64,000 bases of DNA from Alphaproteobacteria bacterium (lineage in GTDB: Bacteria; Pseudomonadota; Alphaproteobacteria; Bin95): positions 1,344,001-1,408,000 of the forward strand of contig OZ224045.1 in assembly GCA_963665325.3 (NCBI GenBank). Reading direction: 5' to 3'. The notes under the pieces were generated by a model. That model had not been told where the DNA came from. It did not search any database and worked only from the letters and a program-made list of their open reading frames with translations. The number at the start of each line of letters is the position of its first letter. Position 1 is the stretch's first letter. The position numbers and the translations under genes are program-made. This document shows positions 51,074 to 61,348 of the stretch, piece by piece.

Positions 51074-52039
51074 GTGAGACCCTATTCTGCCGCTGCCGGA
51101 TGGCGCGAGGAACCGCGCTATCCGGATCCTCTGATCGAGATTCTGGATCCGCGCTTCGAGCGCTACCGTATCTTCAGCGCCGCTGTCGAACGGCTCTGGA
51201 CGGGATGCCGCTGGGCCGAGGGGCCGGTCTGGTTCGGGGACGGGCGCTACCTGCTCTGGTCCGACATCCCGAACAACCGCATCCTTAAGTGGGAGGAAGA
51301 GACCGGACGGGTCTCCCTCTGGCGCCGGCCCACCGACTTCGCCAACGGCCACACGCGCGACCTGCAGGGCCGGCTGGTGACCTGCGAACATGGCGGGCGG
51401 CGTGTCACTCGGACCGAATACGATGGCAGTGTCACCGTGCTGGCCGACAGCTGGCAGGGAAAGCCGCTGAACTCGCCGAACGATGTTGTGGTCAAGTCTG
51501 ACGGCTCGATCTGGTTCACCGACCCGCTGTTCGGCATCCTCGGCGACTACGAGGGCCACAAGGCCGAGAGCGAGACGCCGATGGCCGTCTATCGTCTGGA
51601 CGGCGAAACCGGGGACATGCGCATCGTCGCCGACGATATCGCCGGACCGAACGGGCTCTGCTTCTCCCCGGACGAGCGTATCCTCTACATCGTTGAGTCG
51701 CGCGGAGAACCGACCCGCAAGATCCTCGCCTACGACGTAGGTGAGGACGGCGCATTGTCCGGAAGGCGAGTGGCGATCGACGCCGGCCCCGGCGGCACGC
51801 CGGACGGGATGCGCGTCGATATCGACGGCAATCTCTGGTGCGGCTGGGGCATGGGTTCGGCCGAGCTCGACGGCGTGATGGTGTTCGCCCCGGACGGCGC
51901 GCCTATCGGGCGCATCGCCCTGCCGGAGCGCTGCGCCAATGTCTGTTTCGGCGGTCACAAGCGCAACCGGCTGTTCATGGCGGCCAGCCGGTCGCTCTAC
52001 GCCCTCTATGTCAACACACAGGGTGCGCACCACGTGTAG
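51074..52039 (+). CDS. SMP-30/gluconolactonase/LRE family
   Basis: WAEGPVW, SDIPNN, NSPND, PNGL.FSPDE, PDG.R.D..GN, NVCFGG. Confidence 0.92.
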   Translation: MRPYSAAAGWREEPRYPDPLIEILDPRFERYRIFSAAVERLWTGCRWAEGPVWFGDGRYLLWSDIPNNRILKWEEETGRVSLWRRPTDFANGHTRDLQGRLVTCEHGGRRVTRTEYDGSVTVLADSWQGKPLNSPNDVVVKSDGSIWFTDPLFGILGDYEGHKAESETPMAVYRLDGETGDMRIVADDIAGPNGLCFSPDERILYIVESRGEPTRKILAYDVGEDGALSGRRVAIDAGPGGTPDGMRVDIDGNLWCGWGMGSAELDGVMVFAPDGAPIGRIALPERCANVCFGGHKRNRLFMAASRSLYALYVNTQGAHHV

Positions 52040-52078
52040 GGCGGGCGATCCCGGCAGGCGCGGACAGCCGGCCCGGCG

Positions 52079-52852
52079 ATGATCGAAGCGCTGGACGGCG
52101 TCTCGGCGGCTGGGCTGGCGGTGGCCGGGGCGGCGGCGGTCGCTGGCGGGCTCGTCAGGGGCTTCACCGGCTTCGGCGGGGCGCTGGTGATGGTGCCCGT
52201 GCTGAGCCTGGTGCTGGGGCCGGGCGCGGCGCTGGCCGCGGTCTGCGCTTCGGGCGTTCCGGTCATCCTGCAATTGCTCCCGGCGGCGTTGCGCCATGCC
52301 GAGCGTGCCTTCGTGCTGCCCTTCGTCGCCGCGGCGTTCGCCGCCGCGCCGGCAGGGACCTGGGTGCTGGTTGCGGTTCCGCCCGCCGCGATGAAGGTCG
52401 CCATATCGCTCGCCGTTCTCGCCATGACCGCCCTGATGGCGTGGGGCTGGCGCTTCCCTCCCCGCGCCGGCGCCGGCGTCATGGCCGCGCTCGGCGCCGG
52501 GTCCGGCCTCATCCAGGGCGCGACGGGCGTCGGCGGGCCGCCGGCGGTCGCCGCCGCGCTCGCCCGGCACGGCTCCCCCGAAACCCAGCGCGGCAATGTC
52601 ATCGGCGCGGTCTCCGCACTCGGCCTCTGCGCGGCGATCCCCTACTGGTTCCACGGCCTGTTCACGCTCGAGGCGCTGGCCGTGGCTGCTGTGATCCTGC
52701 CGGCCTATATCGGCTCCACCTGGATCGGCATCCGGCTCTTCGCGGGCCGGGGCAAGGCATGGTACCGCCGTGCGGCGCTCACCGTGCTGGCCGCCGTCGG
52801 CCTTGCCACGCTTGCCTTTGCGTTGCATGACTACGGCTCGGCAGCAGGGTAG
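52079..52852 (+). CDS. TauE/SafE (TSUP) family transporter
   Basis: G.V.GF.GFGG..VP, G..G.GGPP; multi-TM. Confidence 0.85.
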   Translation: MIEALDGVSAAGLAVAGAAAVAGGLVRGFTGFGGALVMVPVLSLVLGPGAALAAVCASGVPVILQLLPAALRHAERAFVLPFVAAAFAAAPAGTWVLVAVPPAAMKVAISLAVLAMTALMAWGWRFPPRAGAGVMAALGAGSGLIQGATGVGGPPAVAAALARHGSPETQRGNVIGAVSALGLCAAIPYWFHGLFTLEALAVAAVILPAYIGSTWIGIRLFAGRGKAWYRRAALTVLAAVGLATLAFALHDYGSAAG

Positions 52853-52866
52853 GGAGGGCGTATCCC

Positions 52867-53214
52867 GTGACCGTCACCATCTGGCACAATCCGCGTTGCA
52901 GCAAATCGCGGCAGACGCTGGCGCTTCTGCGTGAGCGGGGTATCGAGCCCGGGATCGTCGAATATCTGAAGACGCCGCCGCCGGCCGACGACATCGAGGC
53001 GGTGCTGGACATGCTCGGTATGGAGCCGCGCGACCTCATGCGCCGCAAGGAGGCGGCTTACCGCGAGGCCGGCCTCGACGATCCGGGGCTCGGGCGCCGG
53101 GAACTCGTGGAGGCGATGACGGCACATCCGGTGCTCATCGAACGGCCGGTCGTCCTCGCGAAAGGCAAGGCAGCGCTCGGCCGTCCGCCGGAAAGCGTGC
53201 TGGAAATCCTGTAA
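52867..53214 (+). CDS. arsC: Arsenate reductase (glutaredoxin/ArsC family)
   Basis: HNPRCSKSR, P.LIERP, GRPPE. Confidence 0.9.
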   Translation: MTVTIWHNPRCSKSRQTLALLRERGIEPGIVEYLKTPPPADDIEAVLDMLGMEPRDLMRRKEAAYREAGLDDPGLGRRELVEAMTAHPVLIERPVVLAKGKAALGRPPESVLEIL

Positions 53215-53217
53215 CGC

Positions 53218-55026
53218 TCAGGTCTCGTTCATCCGGAGCGCGGCGATGAAGGCGCTCTGGGGGATGTCCACCTTGCCGAAGGTGCGCATCCGCTTCTTGC
53301 CTTCCTTCTGGCGGTCCAGCAATTTTCGTTTACGACTCACGTCGCCGCCGTAGCATTTTGCGGTCACGTCCTTGCGCATGGCCGAGATGGTCTCGCGGGC
53401 GACGATGCGGCCGCCGACCGCGGCCTGTATCGGAATCTTGAAGAGCTGGCGCGGGATCAGCTCCTTCAGCCGTTCGCAGAGCTGGCGGCCCCGGCCTTCC
53501 GCGCGCACCCGGTGGGTGATGCAGGCGAGCGCATCGACCGGTTCGTGGTTCACCAGCAGCGAGAGCTTCACCAGGTCGCCCTCGCGGTAGTCCTCGATCC
53601 GGTAGTCGAAGCTGGCATAGCCCCGGCTGAGCGATTTCAACCTGTCGTAGAAGTCGAACACCACCTCGTTGAGCGGCAGCTCGTAAACCACCATGGCGCG
53701 GTTGCCGACATAGGTGAGCTCGCGCTGGATGCCGCGCCGTTCCTCGCAGAGCTTGAGGATGCCGCCCAGATATTCGTCAGGCGTGAAGATCGTGGCGCCG
53801 ATCCACGGCTCCTCGATATGCGTGATCTGGACGGGGTCCGGCATGTCGGCCGGGTTGTGCAGCAGGTCCATGCCGCCGTCCTCGCGGTGGACCCGATAGA
53901 CGACGCTCGGCGCAGTCGCGATCAGGTCGAGGCCGAATTCGCGGTCGAGCCGTTCCTGCACGATCTCCAGATGCAGCAGACCGAGGAACCCGCAGCGGAA
54001 CCCGAACCCGAGTGCGGGCGAATTCTCAGGCTCATATTCGAATCCGGCATCGTTCAGGCGCAGCTTGGCGAGGCTTTCCCGCAAATATTCGAAATCCGCC
54101 GTGTCGGTCGGAAACAGCCCGCAAAACACGACCGGCAGGTTGGGCTGGAAGCCGGGCAGCGGCTCGGGAGCCGGCCGGCGGTCGTCCGTGATCGTGTCGC
54201 CGACCTTGCAGTCCGCCACCGTCTTGATCGCCGCGCTGACATAGCCGATCTCGCCGGGGCCGAGCCTGTCCGTCTTTTGCCGTTTCGGCGTGAAGACGCC
54301 CACCTCGTCGATGTCGTAGGCCGCGTCGGTCGCCATCAGGCGCATTTTCAGGCCCCGGCGCAGTTCGCCTTCGCGGACGCGCACGAGCGCGATCACGCCC
54401 AGATAGCGGTCGTACCAGCTGTCCACGACCATCGCGCGCAGATGCCCGTCGCCGGCGACCTCCGCGGCCGGCGGCGGCAGGCGCGCGGCCAGCGCCTCCA
54501 GCAGTTCGGGGATACCGTGGCCGGTCTTGGCTGAGCACAGCACGGCGTCGCCCGCGTCGATGCCGACCACTTCCTCGATCTGGGCCCTGATGCGTTCCGG
54601 CTCGGCGGCGGGCAGATCGACCTTGTTGAGCGCGACGACGATCTCGTGGTCGTTTTCCACGGCCTGATAGACATTTGCGAGCGTCTGCGCCTCGACGCCC
54701 TGGGTTGCATCGACCACCAGCAGCGAGCCTTCGCAGGCGGCGAGCGAGCGGTTCACTTCATAGGCGAAATCGACATGGCCGGGCGTGTCGATGATGTTCA
54801 GCGCAAAGGCTTGGCCGTCGGCGCCCTCATAGTCGAGGCGCACCGTCTGCGCCTTGATGGTGATCCCGCGCTCGCGCTCCAGGTCCATATTGTCGAGCAC
54901 CTGCTCGCGCATCTCGCGCTCGGTCAGGCCGCCGCAGGTCTGGATCAGCCGGTCCGCCAGGGTCGACTTGCCGTGGTCGATATGGGCGATGATGGCGAAA
55001 TTTCGGATTTGCGCAGGGTCGGTCAT
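53218..55026 (-). CDS. lepA: Elongation factor 4
   Basis: [51 protein letters not shown]. Confidence 0.98.
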   Translation of the reverse strand: MTDPAQIRNFAIIAHIDHGKSTLADRLIQTCGGLTEREMREQVLDNMDLERERGITIKAQTVRLDYEGADGQAFALNIIDTPGHVDFAYEVNRSLAACEGSLLVVDATQGVEAQTLANVYQAVENDHEIVVALNKVDLPAAEPERIRAQIEEVVGIDAGDAVLCSAKTGHGIPELLEALAARLPPPAAEVAGDGHLRAMVVDSWYDRYLGVIALVRVREGELRRGLKMRLMATDAAYDIDEVGVFTPKRQKTDRLGPGEIGYVSAAIKTVADCKVGDTITDDRRPAPEPLPGFQPNLPVVFCGLFPTDTADFEYLRESLAKLRLNDAGFEYEPENSPALGFGFRCGFLGLLHLEIVQERLDREFGLDLIATAPSVVYRVHREDGGMDLLHNPADMPDPVQITHIEEPWIGATIFTPDEYLGGILKLCEERRGIQRELTYVGNRAMVVYELPLNEVVFDFYDRLKSLSRGYASFDYRIEDYREGDLVKLSLLVNHEPVDALACITHRVRAEGRGRQLCERLKELIPRQLFKIPIQAAVGGRIVARETISAMRKDVTAKCYGGDVSRKRKLLDRQKEGKKRMRTFGKVDIPQSAFIAALRMNET

Positions 55027-55099
55027 TGCCGCGCGGTATAGCAACCGCCCCGGCCCGCAACAAGCCGCCGGCGCCCGGGGCAGGGGAGAGCGCCCGGAA

Positions 55100-55530
55100 T
55101 GTCATGAAGTGTCATGTTTTGTCATGATCCCCATGCGCGGGGCTCATGTTCGGTGGTCCAACCAGGCATAAGGGTCTCCCTTCCGGCCGGGGTTCACGGC
55201 ATTCCGCCAGCGTCTTCCGTGTCCGTGTTTTCGGCATAGGCCGTTCCTTCATGCTCCTGTTCCGTTCCAGCGACGCTGCCGCGGGTTGCTGCGGCGGGAC
55301 CCTGTTTCGCGCGTATCGCGGGCGGGTGGGCGGGCATCGCGGCGCCGGCGCGGTTCGCGCACCTGATTGCGCCCGCACGCGAGGCAAACGCCAGACGCAC
55401 CTGTCCTGCCCGCTCCCGCCGGGGCTATTTTAAGGCCCCAGATGCTCTCCTGCGCAGAAAAGCGAAAGGCGGCCCCGGGAGCCGCCTCTCTGTTCTCATA
55501 CTACCACATTTTTTCTCAGGTCAAGCCTCC
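55100..55530 (-). other. Dispersed non-coding element, copy 2
   Basis: TTGAC at 55520-24, hairpin plus T tract, core 55296-55380, CATGACA at 55100/55110/55120. Confidence 0.75.
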
Positions 55531-55589
55531 CAATGGACGAAATATGAAAATGTTCCAACATTTCTTTGAGGGACGCGAGTTCCGCAGGC

Positions 55590-56081
55590 GTCAGCGTCGT
55601 TGTCCCGCAACGCCACGAAAACAAGCGCCAGGAAGGTCAGCAGGGCGAGGTTGAAGGCGGTGTGCCTGGCGTTTCATTCCGAGGGCTGCCACATCAAGAA
55701 CCAATCGCTCGCAACGGCGAGGAAGAGGCCGAACCAGTTGAAGGCCCCGAGGCCGAGGTCAACCAGCGCCGGTGCCCTGGCGGCGTGGAACAGGTGCGGC
55801 TCCCGGAGACGGGACAGCAGGCAGACGCCGCCGATCCAGCAGAGCAGCGCAGCCACCACCTGCAACGCGATGATCGCGACATAGGCAGCGTGATGGAGCG
55901 CGGGCGAGTGGACCGCCCGTCACATGGTCGCCTCGCTCCGGAAGGGGGGGGGCGCCATGGTCATCACATGGGCGACGAAACCGAGATTGGCGCCGTAGTC
56001 TGTCGCGTTGCCGAACGCCCCCAGCGAGAGATAGGCGGCCATGAGCAGCACCGCCCCGGCCTTGGCGGTTCTGGTGAACAT
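55590..56081 (-). pseudogene. DUF2165-like membrane protein with two in-frame TGA codons; 3' end approximate
   Basis: GNATDYGAN..FVAHVM.M, M*RA..P.LHHAAY, WFLMWQ..*N; TGA at 55920-22 and 55674-76. Confidence 0.75.
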
Positions 56082-56507
56082 TATTAAGGATTACAAAGAT
56101 GGGTTGACGCCTCCGGGAATCGCCTCATGATGGGTGGATGCGACCGTCTCTTTTGTTCTTTCGAGCCATCAGCCTTGGGTGCAAGATTGTTGGCGTGTTC
56201 GGACTTGTTGAAGTTCGATGGAACGAAACTAAAGTGATGTTCGATGGGCACCCTATAGACCCATTTTTCATAGAAGCGGTCTGCATTTTCATGATCGTTT
56301 CTGGAGGCGCGTCTCTTTTCGGCCTTTGCTGGCAACGGGTCTCAAGATATTTTCTTACGGACAGGCAGGTGTTTGGAGGATTATACAAAGAAATAGTTGA
56401 TCGGCGTAATGAATTAGCCTTGCTTCTTGATGATGGTCCCAAGATAGGAGTTTCGTTTCTTTATATGTCGAAACTCATCGAACTCGAAGATTGTCTTGAC
56501 AGGTTAG

Positions 56508-58577
56508 CCCAAGTTTAACAGAGCATTTTGAAGATCATTGATTATCAATGCCTTACGGAGCAATAATTTCGCGTCTGGCACTACATTTCGGTTATTTCGC
56601 CCGGTTCGGGATCAGACGATCATTTTCCTGATGCCTCCAGGGGCGGGGTCGATGCCGAGCGCGCGATAGATTTCTTGCTGTTCGGGCTCGGCCCGTGTGG
56701 CCTTGCGGACATGCAAGGTGCGTCCGTCCTTGCGCCTGAAGGTCGCGGTGACCCGCTGCTGGCCTTCGAGGATGGCTCGCAGGCTGGCCCAGCTGGCGTG
56801 TTCGCCGTGCTCGGCGAGGCGCCGGCGGATGGTCTGCACCATCTGGTAGGCGATCACGGTGATGAACAGGTGGCCGTCGGAGCGCCTCTGGGTCTGGTGG
56901 AAGATGGGGCGCAGGCCGAGTTCCGACTTGAGCGATCGGAACACCGCCTCCACATCGGTGAGCGAGGTATAGGTCCGCCACAGCGCCTCCTCGTCCCAGT
57001 CCTCGACGTTGGTGCGCAGGCAGTAAACGCCGGGATGGGTGGCCATGGTGCCGGCGAGCGGGCGGCGCTCCCATGTGACGGCCCGGGCCTTCTCGCCGCT
57101 TTCGTCGGCGATGACGTCGATGTCGTAGTGGGCCGCGGCGCCGCGGCTCTTCTCCCTGATCCGGCCGATCCGCTGCCAGACATGGTCGAGCCGCTTGCGG
57201 GTGCGCGGCCGCTTGAGGCCGTCGTGGAGCTTCTGCATCTCGCCCTCGAAGCGCGCGGCGAAGCGGTTTGCGATGCCCTGTTCCTTCTTCGCCCGCGCCT
57301 CGGAGTAGCAGTAGAGCCGCGCCTCTCCAGCTTCGGCGTCGACCGCCTTGTGGACATGGACCGTCTGGCGCGACCGGGTCTCGATGGCCAGCGCCAGCTC
57401 GGGATCGAAGCGGCGGGTGCGTTCCCGGCTGACCGCGAGATAGCGGTAGCCGTTCGCGCGCAGCCAGGCGATGTTGGCCTCGGTGGCGATCCCCGCATCC
57501 ATCACCACCAGCGCGTCCGCCGGCGCGCCCAGGGCGCCGAGCATCGACGCCAGGGTCCTGTCTTCGTTGACCGCGCCCGAGAACACCTCGGAGCGGCGCA
57601 CGAAGCCCGAGCCGTCGAGCACCAGCCCCAGGGTCAAGAGCGGGCAATCCGAGCGCTTCTCCTTGGAATGGCCGCGTTCGGCCTTGGCCTGGGCCGCCGC
57701 CGCGCCCTCGAAGAAGGTGTTGGTCAGGTCGTACAGCGTCACCGTGTGGCGCAGGCCGAACAGATCCGTCGCCCGATCGAACAGATGCGCCTCGATCGCC
57801 GCGCGCTGCGCCATCAGGGCGTCGGAGGCGCGGTACAGGCGCATCATGCTCATGCGCTCGAAGTCCACCCCCAGCAACTCGCCGAGCGCCGAACGCTCGC
57901 ACAGCCAGCGCCAGGAGGCGCGCTCCGAGCCCGGCGCCGCCATGCGCGCGATCACGGTGGCCATGGCGAGCGCGCGCTGCGTGCCGTTGAAGCCCAGGCG
58001 CTCCAGCAAAGCCTCCAGGCCGAGCCGCTCCATGGCCCACAGCCCGACATGCTCGACGCCGACCGAACGCGGGCGGATCAGCTCCAGGGAGCCGACATCC
58101 ACCGTCTGCAGGTCAGGGCGCCCGGTCCCGCCGGACGGCGCGCTGTTGAGCAATTGCGCGGCGATGCGCTGGGCGTGCCGCTCGACCTCCTCCGGACAGG
58201 ACAGCGAAACCAGCTCGGCCTGGCGGTCGAGCTGCTGCTGGATCCGGCTGCACAGCACCGCCCAGTGCCGCCGCTCGACAGGGAAGTCGCTCCCCAGGTT
58301 GAGCAGGGTGCGCTGGCGGATCTTCCCGCCGTCGCGCTCCGAGCGAACAAGGCGATGGGAATAATAGACCTCGCCGCGCTCGCCGGTTCCGGTCCTGGTG
58401 CGGCGAATGAACATGGCGCACAGCATAGGAGCGGGCGCAAGGTCTCGAAATCCCCAAGTGAAAATATTATGGCACTACATTGCGCCCCCGGAAACCTCAA
58501 TCCAGCAATATCAATGGCTTGATGACACCGCGCCGGCCAACCTCGACAAAATCGGCCACCAAAACGTTAAACTTGGG
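56508..58577 (-). mobile_element. IS1634-family element, copy 2 (2070 bp)
   Basis: Same IRs and same translated ORFs as copy 1; 4-bp TSD TTAG. Confidence 0.92.
56612..58414 (-). CDS. IS1634-family transposase
   Basis: Translation matches 36662-38464. Confidence 0.9.
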   Translation of the reverse strand: MFIRRTRTGTGERGEVYYSHRLVRSERDGGKIRQRTLLNLGSDFPVERRHWAVLCSRIQQQLDRQAELVSLSCPEEVERHAQRIAAQLLNSAPSGGTGRPDLQTVDVGSLELIRPRSVGVEHVGLWAMERLGLEALLERLGFNGTQRALAMATVIARMAAPGSERASWRWLCERSALGELLGVDFERMSMMRLYRASDALMAQRAAIEAHLFDRATDLFGLRHTVTLYDLTNTFFEGAAAAQAKAERGHSKEKRSDCPLLTLGLVLDGSGFVRRSEVFSGAVNEDRTLASMLGALGAPADALVVMDAGIATEANIAWLRANGYRYLAVSRERTRRFDPELALAIETRSRQTVHVHKAVDAEAGEARLYCYSEARAKKEQGIANRFAARFEGEMQKLHDGLKRPRTRKRLDHVWQRIGRIREKSRGAAAHYDIDVIADESGEKARAVTWERRPLAGTMATHPGVYCLRTNVEDWDEEALWRTYTSLTDVEAVFRSLKSELGLRPIFHQTQRRSDGHLFITVIAYQMVQTIRRRLAEHGEHASWASLRAILEGQQRVTATFRRKDGRTLHVRKATRAEPEQQEIYRALGIDPAPGGIRKMIV

Positions 58578-58734
58578 TTAGGCATTGATACGCCGCCTAG
58601 TTTGCCGAATGCTAGTGATATTGAAGGCAATCGCGCCGTCATAACGGATTGGCTATCGTTCCTCTCCCTCTTGGCACGAGACTCCAGATCAAGGAACCTT
58701 GGGAGGGCGCGTTCTATGGATGGGGGAAGTTCGA

Positions 58735-58938
58735 ATGAAGCCGATGCTTGATCCGGCCCGAGATTTGGCAGGTGCAACGCCGGAGGCGCTGGCGAAGGCC
58801 CTGTTCCGCCGCACGGAGCCGTTACGACCGGGCTCCCGGCGAAAGCGAAAGCCCGTTGTCAGCGATGAGGTCGCATTGGAGAAGACGCCTGCCGATGAGC
58901 CCGGCGACGGTATCCCGCATTTGGCCAAAAGTGTTTGA
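58735..58938 (+). CDS. Small ORF convergently overlapping the 3' end of the IS1595 transposase
   Basis: MKPMLDP..GATPEALAKALFR; GGGGGAAG upstream; overlaps the passenger gene stop. Confidence 0.4.
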   Translation: MKPMLDPARDLAGATPEALAKALFRRTEPLRPGSRRKRKPVVSDEVALEKTPADEPGDGIPHLAKSV

Positions 58939-59799
58939 GTCGCGGATGTGGTGCTTGCTCGCAAACTCGTGGACGTACCGCTGCAGGTGCTTCGGGCTGA
59001 TCTTGTGGAAGGTCCCCTAGAGAGCCCGCTTCAACATGCTCCAGAAGCTCTCCATGCCGTTGCTGTGGACCATGCCGTCCACATACTCGCCAACGCGATG
59101 ATTGACCGCGTCATGGTCGAAATCCGCATCCAGTCCGACATAGCTGCGGTGCTCGTCCGTATAAACGGTAGCGCCGGGCTCGACATGCTCGCGCACGAAA
59201 CCCTGCAAGGTCGGCTTGGTCGTATCGGTTATGACTTCCGCCCGGACTTCGTTGCTATCGCGATCCTTCGCGCCGATAACTGCCGTCATATGGGCCGTGC
59301 CACCGCCCGCGAGCGTCTTGCGCTTTGCCTTTGGCATGTTCGCTTGGCGACCGCCGAAATAGGACTCGTCCACTTCGACCGGACCGTCAAACTGGTCGTC
59401 GTCAATCGCCCATGCCTCCCGGATGCGGTGCAGCATGAACCATGCGGTCGGCTGCGAAACTCCGATGTCGCGTTGCAGCTTCATCGAGGAAACTGACTTG
59501 AGCGAAGTCAGGCAAAGGTAGATGGCGATTGCCCACTTGCGGAGCGGGACTTTCGACGCCTGCATGGCGGTCCCGGTCTTCACCGAGAAGTAGGATCGGC
59601 AGTCCGAACACCAGTAGGGCATTCTCTTGTGGCTTGCTTTCCCGGTACGGAGACTCCCGCACTTCGGGCAATGCCGGCCGTCCGGCCAAATCACGCTCTC
59701 GAACCAAGCTGTCGCGGCGGCTTCATCGGGGAACATGTCCATGAGCTGCACCAGCGTCATGCCTTCGCGGTGTGCTTTGCCTGGGTCTTTCTTGGTCAT
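58822..59799 (-). pseudogene. IS1595-family transposase with an in-frame TAG at 59017-59019
   Basis: Zn ribbon CPKCG..CSDC, FSVKTGT, VEVDESY, YTDE, VNH..EY, N.MESFW; frame continues GTFHKISPKHLQRYV.EF after the stop. Confidence 0.88.
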
Positions 59800-59875
59800 G
59801 GGCGTAACTCTCTTCAACATATTGGAATATAGAGAGCTTTAGCGAGAATGTCAACCTTTATTCATAATCTTTGCA

Positions 59876-61348
59876 TTATTCTTCTCCACCGCCACCGGGC
59901 GCCACAAGCAGGCGGCGGAGGATCTTGCCTACTGGCGATTTCGGGATTTCGTCCACGAACACATAGCGGCGCGGGCGCTTAAAGTCGGCGAGCGTGCTGG
60001 CGCGACAGTGGGCGTCCAGGGCCTCGGCCGTTGGCGTTCCCTCGGCCGCCACGTAAGCGGCGACGACCTGGCCCCAGCGCTCGTCGGGCAGACCCACCAC
60101 GGCGACCTCGGCCACCGCCGGATGCAGGGAGAGGACGCTCTCGATCTCCACGGGCGAGACGTTCTCGCCGCCGGTGACGATCATGTCGTCCACGCGGCCG
60201 GTGACGAACAGGTCGCCGTCCTCGTCCAGCCAGCCGGTGTCACCCGTGCGGTACCAGCCGTCGCGCAGCGCGCGGGCGTCTGCGTCGGGGCGGCGCCAGT
60301 AGCCCTCGAAGGCTTCGTCACTGGCGAGTGAGGCCGCGATCTCTCCTTCCTCGCCCGGCGCCGCCTCGCGCGCGCCGTCGAGGCTCCGCACCCGGATGCG
60401 CTGGTTCAGGCCTGCCTTGCCGGCGGAGCCGGGCTTGGCCGGTGCGTCCGGGCAGACGGTGAAGGTGTAGATTTCCGAGGAGCCGTAATGGTTGACGAAG
60501 AGTTCGGGTTCGAAGGCCGCGTCCAGCCGTTGCAGCAGGTCGTCCGTCATCGAAGCGCCGGCGAAGCCGAGCTTGCGAACTGTGCGGACCCGTTCGCGCG
60601 AGAACGACGGATGGGCCAGGAGGTCGTGATAGAGCGTCGGTGCCAGATAGAGCGCGGTGACGCCCTCCGCCTCGATCAGGTCGAGAGCCGCGCCCGGATG
60701 GAAGCGCGGCTGGCAGACGAAGACGCCGTCCACCAGCGCGGAGGCCAGCAGCGAGCGCACGCCCATCGTGTGGTAGAGCGGCATGACCCCGAGTGCGACT
60801 GCGCCCGGCGCATAGCGGTTCTGCGCGACATGGGCGATGGCGGCGGCCCGCTCCGCGCGGTGGCGGCGCGGCACACCTTTCGGCCGGCCCGTCGTGCCGG
60901 AGGTATAGAGCATGACCGACCAGTCCTCTGCCGAGGCGGACGGGATGGCGGGCGGGCCCTGCTGCAGGGCATCGAACGCGGGCCCGGCCTCAATGCGGTG
61001 GATGGTCTGCGCCGTGGGAGACGCCCCGACCGCCGGGGCGGCCTCCGGCCCGAAGACCACCGTGTCGGCCCCGGCGTCGGCGAGGCAATAGTCGATCTCC
61101 TCGCCCTTCAGCCGCCAGTTGAGCGGCACGATGAGCTTGCCGGCAAGCTGGCAGGCCCAGTGCAGGGTCGCGGCATCGAGCGTGTTCTGGAGCACGGTCG
61201 CGATCCGCTGCCCTTCGAGGCCGCCTGCAAGACGAAGCGCCCGGTCAAGCCAGTCGCCGTAGGTCAGCCTGTCTGCGCCATCGACGACGGCCAGCCGGTC
61301 CGGCGCCCGCTCGGCCGCCTGGACGAGGGCAGCGCCGACATCAAGCAT
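59876..61348 (-). CDS. hmfD: Acyl-CoA synthetase, probable 2-furoyl-CoA synthetase
   Basis: YTSGTTGRPKG, HYGSSE, TGD, GGENV; recalled HmfD-type strings ATLHWACQ, ERAAAIAHVAQN, FEPELFVNHYGSSE; follows a Mo-hydroxylase triad. Confidence 0.75.
   Translation of the reverse strand: MLDVGAALVQAAERAPDRLAVVDGADRLTYGDWLDRALRLAGGLEGQRIATVLQNTLDAATLHWACQLAGKLIVPLNWRLKGEEIDYCLADAGADTVVFGPEAAPAVGASPTAQTIHRIEAGPAFDALQQGPPAIPSASAEDWSVMLYTSGTTGRPKGVPRRHRAERAAAIAHVAQNRYAPGAVALGVMPLYHTMGVRSLLASALVDGVFVCQPRFHPGAALDLIEAEGVTALYLAPTLYHDLLAHPSFSRERVRTVRKLGFAGASMTDDLLQRLDAAFEPELFVNHYGSSEIYTFTVCPDAPAKPGSAGKAGLNQRIRVRSLDGAREAAPGEEGEIAASLASDEAFEGYWRRPDADARALRDGWYRTGDTGWLDEDGDLFVTGRVDDMIVTGGENVSPVEIESVLSLHPAVAEVAVVGLPDERWGQVVAAYVAAEGTPTAEALDAHCRASTLADFKRPRRYVFVDEIPKSPVGKILRRLLVAPGGGGEE

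Larger units (their letters stand above)
56138..58751 (+). pseudogene. Low-GC passenger gene (probable membrane protein) split by IS1634
   Basis: Frame rejoins as ..DCLDRL|GIDTPP.. when the IS and one TTAG are removed. Confidence 0.65.
56086..59872 (-). mobile_element. IS1595-family element with passenger genes and a nested IS1634
   Basis: Imperfect IRs AAGGATTACAAAGATGGGTTGAC / GTCAACCTTTATTCATAATCTTT; 8-bp TSD ACATTATT/GCATTATT (one mismatch). Confidence 0.75.

Noticed and set aside
55112-55387. Protein-coding ORFs within the dispersed element (e.g. ARTAPAP..RYARNRVP)
   Set aside because: Similarity is limited to the nucleotide core; starts, stops and frames differ between copies
36558-58577. 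Composite transposon bounded by the two IS1634 copies
   Set aside because: Each copy has its own TSD, indicating independent insertions
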